Assembly: GCF_006345805.1 (NCBI RefSeq) | Contig: NC_043000.1 | Span: 42,284,001-42,348,000 of the forward strand | Origin: Octopus sinensis | Taxonomy: Eukaryota | Direction: 5' to 3' | DNA length: 64,000 nucleotides | Shown: positions 10,971 to 23,693 of the stretch, one piece after another | How positions within the stretch are numbered: the first letter of the stretch is position 1 | How the letters are laid out: each line of letters starts with the position of its first letter | The notes under the pieces: generated by a model | Databases searched by the model: none | What the model saw: the letters and a program-made list of their open reading frames with translations, nothing else | What the model was told of the DNA's origin: nothing | Translations under genes and position numbers: made by a program

Positions 10971-11975
10971 TGTGAAGATGTGGGGATGGGTGTGTGGGTG
11001 GTGTGTTGTGATGTGATGTGTAATGTTGTATAGTGTAGTGTGGTGTGATGTTGTTGGGAGGTGGGGAAGGCGATAATGGGGAAAGCACAGGTGGGGTGTG
11101 GGTACGGATGGGGATTGTGGTAGAGTTGGGGTTTGTGGGTAGGCAGAGGGTGGGGGTAGATGTAGGGGAGGGGTGTGGAATAGGATGGGGGATGGGAAGG
11201 ATAGGGAAGGTGTAGTAGGGGTGGGTGGATTTATGGGGGAGGGGAAGGTGGAAGAAATGAGGTACTCAGAAATCTGGAGGGTCTTATATTTACAGATATT
11301 TATTAGTATGTTACATGTTTTTATAAATCATATATGATATATCAGCGCTTTCGTCCACTCTAGTGGAGTTGTCAAATTGAGCTTTTGCAGGAACTTTGTC
11401 TCCTTTTATAGTATTATTGAGTGTGTAGAGGTGGGGAGAGATATAAGATAGTACAAGAGGGTGAAGAATTGGGAGAAAGTGAGAGAGAGAGAGAGAGCGC
11501 GGTGTGTGTGTGTCCCCGTGTGTGTGTTTTTGTATCTGAAACTGGTGTTAAAGAAAAAGAGAAAGAAAGGAAGATGAAGAAGAGAAAAAAGAAAAAAAAT
11601 TATTATCTTTGCAGCTGGTCAGTCTTTAAATCATTCACTTGTTTTTGTGCCTAAACCGATCTATCTATCTAACTGCATGTGTGTTTTGTGTTTGTGTGTG
11701 TGTTCGCGTTTATGTATGTTTGTGTGTGTGTGTGTGTGTATGTGTGTGTGGTGTGTGTGTGTGTGTGTATGTATGTGTATGTGTGTGCTTGTGTGTATGT
11801 TTGCAGAGTGTGATTTATGTTGACATAGGAGTGTCCTCATACACCGATAGAGAAAATTGCGAAACAATCTCATCTATGATAGTCCAAGATTTCTTTCCCT
11901 ACTCACAATAGTTAGAAAGATAGGAGTATACCCTACTCTCTGTCTGTCTGTTTGTCTGTCTCTCTCTCTCTCCCC

Positions 11976-12024
<49 letters not shown>

Positions 12025-12210
12025 GTTAATCAAAACAAGAAAGCACAAAAAAACAACACACCAACGCGAGGACGTGGAACAAAAATATAGTATTATGGAC
12101 GCTCAGGAAAGAAGGAAAGAATGAGGTTTAACGTTTCGGCGGAGCTCTTCGTCGGATACATAGGAGAAGGAAAGATCCAGAGAAGGAAGACAGAGGAAAT
12201 ATATATATAT
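12025..12210 (-). mobile_element. Related Penelope-like repeat with degenerate hammerhead (CCGACGA..GAAACGUU)
   Basis: Shares the gctcaggaa...tttaacgtttcg...ctcttc layout with 10690-10745. Confidence 0.55.
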
Positions 12211-12315
12211 ATATATATAGTATATATATATTATATGTATATATATATATATATATATTACGGAGATGTACTCGCATAGCAAGTAATTTGATCTGAGATC
12301 GTGTGCTGAAACGAA

Positions 12316-12598
12316 AACAATTGCAGCGTGGAAGGTGTTTATAAGCCATTTAAGAAACACACAAAAGCCGTTCGATTCACTCCAACATTTAAGTTTAATT
12401 GTCAAAATATTTTCGTCGCTAAAATCCGCGACCTGTTCACTGACAAAGTCCGTGCTGCATCGGACTTTGTCAGTGAACAGGTCGCGGATTTTAGCGACGA
12501 AAATATTTTGACAAATTAAACTTAAATGTTGGAGTGAATCGAACGGCTTTTGTGTGTTTCTTAAATGGCTTATAAACACCTTCCACGCTGCAATTGTT
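12316..12598. repeat. Near-perfect fold-back palindrome, ~137-bp arms
   Basis: 12316-12452 is the reverse complement of 12461-12598 apart from about one indel. Confidence 0.95.
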
Positions 12599-12599
12599 G

Positions 12600-12637
<38 letters not shown>

Positions 12638-12665
12638 GAGGTGGGTGTACTTCGATCTCATTCTT

Positions 12666-12705
<40 letters not shown>

Positions 12706-12991
12706 AGTATATTTATATAAATATTTTATATATATATAACCACCTCATCCACCAAGATATACAGGTTCATAAATTAATTACGTAATCTTACACGTGTTTC
12801 AGTGAAGATTAAATGGATATAAACTATTTGCTTATTATATACCTGTTGTTTTAAGGGAATTTCATTCTCCCCAAAATACTAGGTATTGAACCAGTATTTC
12901 CTCGTATGCAACCATCTTTTCATGAGGCTAACATATCCTCTAATGAAATTTGTGTGTTTGCATATATATATATATTGTGTGTGTGTGTGCG

Positions 12992-13036
<45 letters not shown>

Positions 13037-13302
13037 GTGGTGTGTGTGTGTGGTGTGTGTGTGTGTGTGTGTGTGAAAGAGTCTGTGTATGCATATATAT
13101 ATATATATATATATTTATTGTTAGCAGCGAGTAATTTTCTCCATGACAAAATAGTGATGTTCTTCTTAAGGGGTTCAAATATGACCCGTATCTAAAGTAT
13201 GGTGAGTCGCTGAGTAGCACTACAAGTCATTGTACGATGTGGGGAATATCATAAAAGAATTATGGTTTCTCGGGTAGGCTTGAAGCACCACCTTATCTGA
13301 TT

Positions 13303-13352
13303 TCTATGTCTGAAGAGGAGATAACAACCCCGAAATGCATGCCTCTCATAGT
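13303..13352 (+). ncRNA. Degenerate hammerhead-like motif
   Basis: ctatgt CUGAAGA ggag ataacaa cccc GAAA UGCAU g cctct catag; helix II mismatched and the cleavage triplet is non-canonical. Confidence 0.35.
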
Positions 13353-14662
13353 CTAGTCAAGTAGCGCTGCGAGCTAATTCGGCGTATTTACAGTAATCCT
13401 TCGACTATCGCAAAGTAGAAACAGTACTGTATATATCTTAAAATTCTTTTTATAATTTTCACTCTTTTACTCTTTTTATCCATGCAACCGTTGTCATGCC
13501 GGAGCATCACTATATTCTTTATAACTTCCTCAGTCTGGGTGTTTCACATCACCACTCCTGTATCTGCCTTTGTCTCTGCTGTTGATACATTTATTTTATT
13601 ATAAATGCAAAACAACACCATGGGGGAAATCGACGTACGCTTAAATAATAAACCGCGATAGGTGAACCACGATACGACGAGGGATTACTGTACATCCATT
13701 TGTCAACAGTGAGATATTTTCTCCATGACAAAACACAGTGAATGGCTGTCTTACGCTCTCGAACATAGACGCTTATCAAAGTGTTTCTTTTGTCCAGGAG
13801 GATTTGAGTGGTAAATATAAGAGAAAGAGAGAGAGAGAGAGAGAGAGAATGAGAGAGCCGTGTTCTGTCTGTAGTCCTCTCTCTTTTTCACTAGACGTGT
13901 GGTATTTGCTGAGTGACCTAGTAACACGACACTCAAAAGCCTTATTGATTCCTCATTCCCTTTGTAAGTTTGATACAGGGCTGTTGGTTCCTTGGTGACT
14001 CCATCCTCTATTATAGACAATTATTTTTGTTTTGTTCGTTCAGCTCAGTGTGTTCATCCACCCAGCACACACTGAGGCCTCGACACTTTTCCAAATGGAT
14101 GCTGCACCAAAAGAAGTTTATAGTAACTCTTCATGGTTAGAAATTGGAATCATCCATACTAATTCTGGAATGTCAATGAAATCATTACACCACACAAGTT
14201 GTAAAGTCCACCAAAAATTCTCACGTTCATGTTCAGAATTAGTCAACAAAAAAAGGACAAATTCTTCTCCTAGGTAACTCTAGTTGACGTGAAAATGACA
14301 ACACCAATTGAAAGAACTGGACAAGGACACACACTCTCTCTCCCAGTGATAGACCTTCAATCGATTAAGCTTTTTAAGGATTTCAATAACTGTCAACGTA
14401 AGATCATCAGCCATAAGGCAGCTGAGAATGTTGTTGAAGAATTCGGCGGGTTTAGAACCCTTGTTACAGGACTAAGAAAAAAAAACCCTCGTTCTTGGCT
14501 GACACAACCGGATAGATACTAGTGGTTAGCATTTCAGTTAATGGAATTTATTCTGAGATATATTGTTTAAAACAGATGTTTAAAATCTGCAATTATGCGC
14601 GTGTGAGAGTGTGTGTGTGTGCGCGCGTGTGTCTGTGTTTGTGTATACACACAGACACACAG

Positions 14663-14710
<48 letters not shown>

Positions 14711-14883
14711 GAATATATATATATGCATGTATATGAATGTATATATATATATATATATATATGTACATATATATATATATAATAATATATATTATAATAT
14801 ATGTATGGTGTGTGTGCCTGTGTGTATCTGTATATATAGCGTATAATATGTCAACACGAGACACTCATATACACATATATATA

Positions 14884-14917
<34 letters not shown>

Positions 14918-15594
14918 TAATTTTAATATTTTTATACATTTATGTTAAATATAAATGCATACAAATACACACATACAGATATGCATAAACATATACATGC
15001 ATAAATGTATGTATACACATACATACATGCGCACTTTCATACATTATAAATACAAAATTTGTAGGAAAGAAGGCCTATGAACACGAACATCATATATATT
15101 ATATATTGTATTGCAGCACGAATATGACACATAGCAATGTCGAATGTTAATAAAATGCAATTACACTTTTGATTTACTTCCAAAACAAAAAAAAGTGAAG
15201 CACAAAACCAGACCATAAACTCTAACAAAAGAGAGAGAAAAATATATATCGTATGTAAAACACGAAGATACTGACAAGATTTTACGTTATTGTCGTGAAC
15301 AGAATTAAAAAAAAAATGACGCCATTAACAAGAAGAGAAGCAATCAGACTCATACATATATTACACATATAATAAACTCACACACACACTCACACACACA
15401 TACGCACACACACAAACACACACACACACACACACACAGATATACGCACATACATATATATTAACGAGCCAAGGATGAAGTCACTATATGGTTTGTTAAC
15501 ATTTTGGAAATAGATGTAAAATCTTCCTCAAATGACAGTCTCAAATTCTAAAAGCAGGAGGACACATGAAATCGCATATTCTTTCTATTCTTCT

Positions 15595-15859
15595 CTTCTT
15601 CTTTTATTTGTTTCAGTCATATGACTGCGGCCATGCGGGAGCACCGCCTTTAGGCAAGCAAATCGACCCCAGGACTTATTCTTTGTAAGCCTAGTACTTA
15701 TTCTATCGGTCTGTCTTGCCGAACCGCTGCGTGACGGGGACGTAAACACACCAGCATCGGTTGTCAAGCCATGTTGGTGGGGACAAACACTGACCACACA
15801 AACATACACGCACACACACAGACATATATATATATATATATATATAATATATATATATA

Positions 15860-15895
<36 letters not shown>

Positions 15896-16059
15896 GGCGG
15901 GCTTCTTTCAAACTCCGTCTATCAAATCCACTCACAAGGCTTTGGTCGGCCCGAGGCTATAGTAGAAAACACTTGTCCAAGGTTCCACGCAGTGGGACTG
16001 AACCCGGAACCATGTGGTTGGTAAGCAAGGTATTTACCACACAGCCACTTCTGCGCCTA
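15595..16059 (-). mobile_element. SINE family A, full length
   Basis: Reverse complement of the 19470-19885 type. Confidence 0.85.
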
Positions 16060-16200
16060 TAGTGTACTTGAAATAAAAACTGGTTGATCAGAGCTGGAAT
16101 GGGGGCTGGTGGTAGAGACGAGGCAGACTAGACTTTCGTCTAGGGTACAAAAATGTAGGGGCAATACACAAACTCAGGACAATTATATATAAAAAAATCT

Positions 16201-16600
16201 TATAGGCGTAGGTATAGCTGTGTGGTTAAGAAGCTCTCTTTGCTGCAACGAAGTTCTGAGTTCAGTCTCACTTCGCAGTACATTCGTCAAGAGAGTGAAT
16301 TTGATACACAGAAATTGCTGCGTGGAAAGCAAGCCGTTGCGCGCGCATGTTTGTGTGTGTGCGCATGTAAGAGTATGTCTTTGTGTCTGGGAGTGTCTCT
16401 ACCCACCCAACAACGAACGATAACCAGTGTTTGTTTGTTTACGTTACCGTATCTTAAGGGTTGGGCAAAACTGACGGGTAGAATATATACCATATGTTAA
16501 ATAATGTAATAATTTCTGGGGACGATTTGTTCGACAAGAACTCGTCAAGGTGGTGCCCCAGCATGGCCGTAGTCCAATGACTGAATCAAGTAAGAGAAAA
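16201..16600 (+). mobile_element. SINE family A, diverged
   Basis: Head gctgtgtggttaagaagct; tail aaggtggtgccccagcatggccgtagtccaatgactgaa. Confidence 0.75.
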
Positions 16601-17164
16601 ACGTTAAAAGATGATCCGTATAAGATAACGAGATCTCTGTAATAAAAGAAGCAGGGGAGATCCCGCTCGGATCAGCGGAAGATGAAGGAAGATAGAACAA
16701 GGCGTTGGGTTGAGGCGGTGAAGACGGAGGATCATGTGAGATTATGAATCTTTAAAAATAATTTGGCATGAGACATTATAAAAGTTTTTCTATTTAGCAG
16801 ATCTAATCGGTGATATGTATGATAATGAAACTATAGGTTTCATAGACTTAAATTATTAATTTTTCAACTGTATTTTTCAGGTTGTGTAAAGAACGTGATG
16901 GCTGGGAAAGTATGTTGACAAAATTGTTAAAGGCGGCGCACAATGTAGAGTAGAGTAAGGGAGGGGCACAGGATTAGGAGAAGGGGGAACATTGGCATAT
17001 TGTAGGGCTAGGAGAACGGAGAGCATCTTGCAGAAATGGTCTGGAATGCTGAATATCCTGGCATAGGTTTTTTTGTACATAGATCTGTTCATTCAAATAT
17101 CAGTTGGTGCCATTAATCATCATGGATATTGGTTTCAAATTTTGGCACAAGGTCAAGAAGTTCG

Positions 17165-17524
17165 GGAAGGGGGTAGATCAATTACATCGACCCCTGTGTT
17201 AAGCTGGTACTTATTTTATCGACCTCGAAAAGATGAAAGGCAAAGTCGGCCTCGGCGGAATTTGAACTCATAAAGTAAAGCGGACGAAATGCCTATTCCT
17301 TTACTACCCATAGGGGGCTAAACACAGAGGGGACAAACAAGGACAGACATAGGTATTAAGTCGATTACATCGACCCCAGTGCGTAACTGGTACTTAATTT
17401 ATCGACCCCGAAAGGATGAAAGGCAAAGTCGACCTCGGCGGAATTTGAACTCACAACGTAACGGCAGACGAAATACCGCTAAGCATTTCGCCCGGCGTGC
17501 TAACGTTTCTGCCAGATCGCCGCC
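17165..17524 (-). mobile_element. Dimeric SINE family B element
   Basis: Minus-strand head ggcggcgatctggcagaaacgttagc...gagttcaaattcc; two body units joined by a linker also found at 58850-58915. Confidence 0.85.
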
Positions 17525-17794
17525 TTACTTATCATCATGAAAACTCCTTCTGCTATACACAGAAGCCCTAAAATTTTGGGAAGAGGACTAGTCAATTACA
17601 TCGATCACAGCATTCAACTGGTAAGTTATTTTATTGACCCCGGAAGGATGACAGGCAAAATCGTCGCCGACACAAGTTGAACCAAGAACGTAAAGGAAAA
17701 TAAAAGGAAAATTATGAAAAAAAGAAACAAAAACAACAGCTTAAAAAATATAATGGAAAATACAACAATATATAAAGAAAAGAATTGGGAATAG

Positions 17795-18180
17795 ACACCG
17801 GTGTGGCTGTTAAGAAGCTCTTTTTGCAACAACGTGGTTTTGGGTTCAGCATCTTGGGCATCTTGGTCTGGCGACTTCTATAGTCCTAAAATTACTAAAG
17901 CGTTGCGAGAAAACTTTGAGTTAGCCGATTGTGTGCATGTGTGTGTGTGTGTGTGTGTTCCCTTGCAGTAACCTAGCGGCTTGGGAAAAGGGGCCGATAG
18001 AATGTGCACACACACATACGCACACAAGCGCGAGCACACATATACTCACATACATACATAAATACATACATACTTAAAAAAATAAGTCCTGGTACAGATT
18101 TGATCGTCTAAAATCCTTCAAGGTTGTACCCCATTCTGGCTACTGTCCAATGACGAAAACGTGTAGATGAAAGAAAAATG
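17795..18180 (+). mobile_element. Old SINE family A copy
   Basis: gtgtggctgttaagaagct head, internal (GT)n and (CA)n, degenerate tail. Confidence 0.6.
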
Positions 18181-18351
18181 AAACGACTGGGGTTTTAGTA
18201 AGTAATTTCGAATATTAGATCAACTTATTATTCATGAAGACACATCAAAAATATTTCGACTTCTTCTAAATTGTTTTAAATTCTCCACCTGCTCTTTCCA
18301 CTTCTTCCTCGCTCTGTCTACTTTGTGTATATACACACACACACACGCCCG

Positions 18352-18400
<49 letters not shown>

Positions 18401-18419
18401 TCATAAACATATAAACAAA

Positions 18420-18560
18420 TAGTACAGTATAAATGGTAAGTATCCCCGCCTATCATGTGAGTGACCGGGTTTCGATTCCCCACCGGGGAGGCTCTTTGAT
18501 TTATGAAAGGAGGTACTCCAGCATGGCCCCAGCGTCTGGCTAAAACCAGTAAAAAATGAC
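18420..18560 (+). pseudogene. tRNA-Asp-derived sequence followed by a SINE-A-like tail
   Basis: tggtaagtatccccgcctatcatgtgagtgaccgggtttcgattccccaccggggag versus eukaryotic tRNA-Asp(GTC) tggtgagtatccccgcctgtcacgcgggagaccggggttcgattccccgacggggag; anticodon mutated and acceptor stem broken. Confidence 0.75.
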
Positions 18561-19218
18561 TGTCTTTCTGGCAGTAGTAAATATTTAAACTGTTTAATAG
18601 ATTTTAGAAATAAAAGCATGTTAGATCGGCATTTCAGAAATCAGTTGGTTGACAAATATGTATTTAAGAAGGCTGTTTCGTATATGCGTGCATGAAGAAA
18701 TTAACTCATAATATCCGTTAAATATTTTATGTCTTAAAAGTAAGGATTATTCCTGAGTAGAGAAACTACAGAATGAGGTGGGTTATGAATAAGGCAATGC
18801 TTTGTCCAAAAGACGCCATACATAAAATTATGCCTCAAAAAAAAAGCAAAAATGTGTCGCTCGACGAATCGTCTTTGTAATGTTCTAAAGATATAATTAG
18901 GTTGTTAATATCTAATCTTTGCTGGTAATCCAATATAATAGATGCTATTCTGATTAATATTAGATGTGACATTGACTGAACAAATAAATGACTTTTCTAG
19001 ACAATTGATATTGATTTAACACAGGTACATACATACATACATACACATAATGGTGTGTGTGTGTATGTATATATGTATGTATGTGTGTGTGTGTAGATAT
19101 ACAAATACACATGTATATATGTATATGCGTGAGTATATATAATTAGGTTGTTACATGGTAAACAGCAGCAGGTCTCTGGTTACTATGTAAGTCACTACAT
19201 GAACTGATCGTTAGAAAC

Positions 19219-19297
19219 TAAAGCGGCAACCCTTAGACGATTGCGTGATAATATATTATATATATATATCACGCAATCGTCTAAGGTTGCCGCTTTA
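19219..19297. repeat. Short palindrome (~31-bp arms) centred on an AT tract
   Basis: taaagcggcaacccttagacgattgcgtgata / tatcacgcaatcgtctaaggttgccgcttta. Confidence 0.9.
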
Positions 19298-19299
19298 TA

Positions 19300-19400
19300 T
19301 TATAATATAATATTATATATATATATATATAATATATATATAATATATATTATATATATATATAATATATAATATATATATATAATATTATATATATATA

Positions 19401-19465
<65 letters not shown>
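19300..19465. repeat. (TA)n-rich tract
   Basis: Direct reading. Confidence 0.95.
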
Positions 19466-19467
<2 letters not shown>

Positions 19468-19469
19468 AC

Positions 19470-19632
19470 GCAGGAGTGGCTGTGTGGTAAGTAGCTTACT
19501 AACCAACCACATGGTTCCGGGTTCAGTCCCACTGCGTGGCATCTTGGGCAAGTGTCTTCTGCTATAGCCCCGGGCCGACCAATGCCTTGTGAGTGGATTT
19601 GGTAAACGGAAACTGAAAGAAGCCTGTCGGAT

Positions 19633-19668
<36 letters not shown>

Positions 19669-19885
19669 ATGTGTTTGTGTGTCTGTGTCTCCCTAGCATT
19701 GCTTGACAACCGATGCTAGTGTGTTTACGTCCCCGTCACTTAGCGGTTCGGCAAAAGAGACCGATAGAATAAGTACTGGGCTTACAAAGAATAAGTCCCG
19801 GGGTCGATTTGCTCGACTAAAGGTGGTGCTCCAGCATGGCCGCAGTCAAATGACTGAAACAAGTAAAAGAGTAAAAGAGAGAGAA
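19470..19885 (+). mobile_element. SINE family A, well-preserved full-length copy
   Basis: A box tggctgtgtgg, B box gggttcagtcc, ttgggcaagtgtctt core, internal (TA)(GT) tract, conserved tail. Confidence 0.9.
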
Positions 19886-19959
19886 TATATATAGCTGAAA
19901 TTTATTGAAAAACAAAAGATGAAGATTGGGGTATGAACAACAAGCAGATGTAGTTGTGT

Positions 19960-20127
19960 GACAATCGGGAAAATGATCGGTTGTCAAGCGATATTGGGGG
20001 GACAAACACAGACACATAAACATATACACAGACATATATATATATATATATACATATATACGACGAGCTTCTTTCAGTTTCCATCTACCAAATCCACTCA
20101 CAAGGCTTTGATCGGCCTGAGGCCGCA
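19960..20127 (-). mobile_element. SINE family A internal fragment
   Basis: tcggttgtcaagcga...ttctttcagtttcc...caaatccactcacaaggctttg. Confidence 0.75.
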
Positions 20128-21534
20128 TGTGAATTTATTAATATATATATATATATATATACACGTGTATTTCCATTTTTATGTACATACATACGGGAGA
20201 ATGCTACCCTCGCATAAAACCTGCAGCGTATGAAACTTCTGGTCATCTTACAGTTAGTAAGTTACCAATTTAACGTCTTCTAAGTGAAGGAGTCATGCGT
20301 TTCACACAAATGTTTATTTAGATCTTGTAAATTCTCCGCGTCATGGTAACCATTACCATTAGATTAGCGGACATATATATATTTGGTGTGGCTTGGTACC
20401 CATTATTTTTTAATGTGGCCTTACAGAATGTCACAAGCGTGAACCTTAAGGAACATGGCTGTATCGGTTTTTACTTTGTAACTTCCCTGGTGGATTCCGA
20501 AGGAAAACTTATTTTGTAAAAGGCACTTGAAACTAACATATTTGTTATTATAGTTGTGGTGTTACATTATTCAGTGTTGTATACATTATTTAATATGATT
20601 TCTGTCGCTTCTGTTACTAGAGCTTTGGTAAACAGACTTTCTAGGTTTCAGGTGGACATGTTACTTACTTCGTTAGTTTCTTCGGATGAGCGCATATTAT
20701 ATTACTCTAGTGAGAATTGTTTGATAATGTTACCTACAAATGAAACTTCTTGTAAATAAATAATTCCATTGGTGGATATTAACATGGTAAAGAACAAATA
20801 TTTTGTGTTAATCTACACCGAAGAAGCAAATAAAATCATATACTTTCATGGAGGGACCTATTAAAACTATTCAAAACCAGCCAAAGTACATTGCTCGAAT
20901 GAAATTCATAGCATCTGTTCAATAGACGGATACAATATAAAGAATCTCCATAATACAGGACACAAAATGCATAGAAACAAATCATAACCTAATCCTTATA
21001 ATATGCCGCAAAAACGCGGAGATAAAGAAAACAGTAACTTTTATCACTAATAAATCGTAGATCTGTAAGCCCTTAAATAAGCTGAATGTTAGTAAGTTTT
21101 GAGTGTATAATTGAATGTTGTAAACTTTACGACTTCAACTGTTACACTGGCCGTACACATACAATACTCACACACTGGCTCACCATGCACTCACTACAAT
21201 TAAACAACGACAATTGGCTAAATTATGCAATGCAAAACAAAATTGTACTGGAAAAAATTAGTAAACACATTGATACTATATAACATTACAGTAGTCCATC
21301 ATCATGGCCACAATAGTCATAGTATAGCATTATGCTAAAATAAGAATTGTGCCAAGCTTCATGATTCTTGGCATTTGATAGTTTGGCATTTGTAATTGCA
21401 GAGATTACTGAGTCTTTTGATTCGATCAGGACTACATTTCAGGGAAATATTTAAATATGTAGGGTGGGAGGCAGGTAAATTCGTATAGAATTATTCGTAT
21501 TTATACATCAGATATAATGTAAATAACAAATGGT

Positions 21535-21624
<90 letters not shown>

Positions 21625-21660
21625 CATCCATCCAGCCATCTATCCATCCATCCATCCATC

Positions 21661-23088
21661 GATGCCGTCCAACAGCGTCTCCATCGTGGGACACTGGATC
21701 GACGGACCGGTTAAATTGCTCGGAGTCTGGTTCGGTCCGGACCTCCAAACGGAGAAGAACTGGGGCGAAATAACAACTGCGGTGGCCACTCTCACCCAGC
21801 AGTGGGCTGAGATGAAGCTATCCCTAAATGGTCGGGTGGAGGTGGCGAACGCGTACATTGCATCCGTCAAGTACCGCCTGACCGTCGTGCCTTGTCCCGA
21901 CCCTACCATCACCAAACTGGAACGCATACTCTTCCGCTTCCTGTGGAAGGGAAGCCTTCCGATGGTTAGGCGATCCATTTGCTGTCAACGCCCGCTAAAT
22001 GGAGGGTTAGGCATGCCGTGGTTGATGATGCGCAGACATGCGCTGAGACTGCGACATCTCCGGTGCTTCATAGACGATGGTGAACAGGTGTGGTCGCCTT
22101 TTGTGCAACGCGCTTTCCCGCAGCTCGTCTCCTTGGCCGAACTACAATCGTGGATCAAACAGAGACCGAGGCTAGGCAAATGGCACCGCGAGTGTCACGT
22201 TGCTCTCAAGCAACTCTGCCGCCCGGGACCAAATTTGTGCGTCGACGAGAGACATCTGACCCGCCTGTTCAGGACAACTTTCGGGCCGGGATCTATGGAC
22301 AATCACCAAAGATCTCTGGCCTGGCAGTGCTATCGAGAAGCATTACCTGTTCGGGATAAGCTCTACAGGCACGGTTCGAGACACACTGGACGACTTGCCC
22401 GAGATGCGGTCAGAGCGACGAAACCGTTCTGCACGCACTCGTGCAGTGTCCATCCATTTCGGACCTGTGAGTTTGTGCCGAACGGCTGCTGTCACGTGTG
22501 GGACGAGTCCGCCTGTCAGCCGAGTCTATCGTGAAAATTGCACCGCCCCTTCCCCTCAACCAGGAAGGCAAGGCAGTTTTCATCGTACTGGTGGCTATGG
22601 TGAAAGAATGTGTGGTGGACAATCGCTCATCAACTTTTTCAAGTACCACTTGAAAAGGAAGGTGAGAATGGAAAGGCAGGTTTTGTCTCGTGAAAGTTTC
22701 AAAAAAAGGTGGGTGAATGTGGCAAAGATGGTGCGTGCGAGTGACGAAACCACTTTGAGCATGATCCTGTAAATCGTATAAGAGAGAGTGAGAGCACTTT
22801 GCTCTCATGTGTTTATTTCCTCCCTGCCTGAAGTTACCGTTGTCTTTTCTGTAGGCTTTTCCTTCCACGGATGAACCTAATCTTGTTTGTTACTTTGAAA
22901 AAAAATTTTTTTTCTGTCTGTGATACACGATCCCTTTTGATTGCTTTTTTTCTTCCGATCCCTTTTGATCGAAATTTTACGTTTGTTTCCTTTTTCTTCT
23001 TCTTTTTCCTTTTCCATCTCCGAAAAGAAAAGCTCTACATTTGTAATTGTCCCCTCTGTGTCCAGCCCTGTGTGGCCAATAAAGAAAG

Positions 23089-23089
<1 letters not shown>
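21661..23089 (+). mobile_element. 5'-truncated L1/Tx1-clade LINE: C-terminal ORF2 plus 3' UTR, between (TCTA)n/(TCCA)n tracts
   Basis: VKLLGVWFG, LSLNGRVEVAN and FLWKG..VRRSIC..P..GGLG motifs of the L1/Tx1 ORF2 post-RT region; frameshifted Cys/His-rich end; AATAAA at 23078. Confidence 0.9.
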
Positions 23090-23169
<80 letters not shown>

Positions 23170-23285
23170 ATCTAATATCTATCTATCTATCTATCTATCC
23201 ATCTATCATCTATCTATCTATCTATCCATCCATCCATTCATCCATCCATCCATTCATTCATCCATCCATCCATCCATCCATCAAC

Positions 23286-23379
<94 letters not shown>

Positions 23380-23400
23380 GTCTGTCTATCTGTCTGTCTA
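23090..23400. repeat. (TCTA)n/(TCCA)n microsatellite
   Basis: Direct reading; matching tract at 21535-21660. Confidence 0.95.
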
Positions 23401-23660
23401 TCTCCCCCTCTCTCTATGTACTTATCTATTAAGATGATTTAATTTGTTCTAGGGGCCTGTTACTCTGTTTCCCCGACGTATTATAGCTTCCTCATGGTAA
23501 AACACACTGGACTTAATCTATTCATATTCGAGGAGCTTGCAATACTTTGAGGAAACGAGAGTAGGAAGCCACTAGATAAACCTAAATAAACTATTACACT
23601 CTACTATAATATTGAGTACTTCTCCCATTCGTTATATTTGTTTGTTTATTTGTTTGTTTA

Positions 23661-23693
<33 letters not shown>

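Noticed and set aside
18420-18490. Functional tRNA-Asp gene
   Set aside because: Anticodon arm and acceptor stem are disrupted.
21530-21660. N-terminus of the 334-aa ORF as a true start
   Set aside because: Lies in (TCTA)n; the homologous L1/Tx1 sequence starts only at ~21661.
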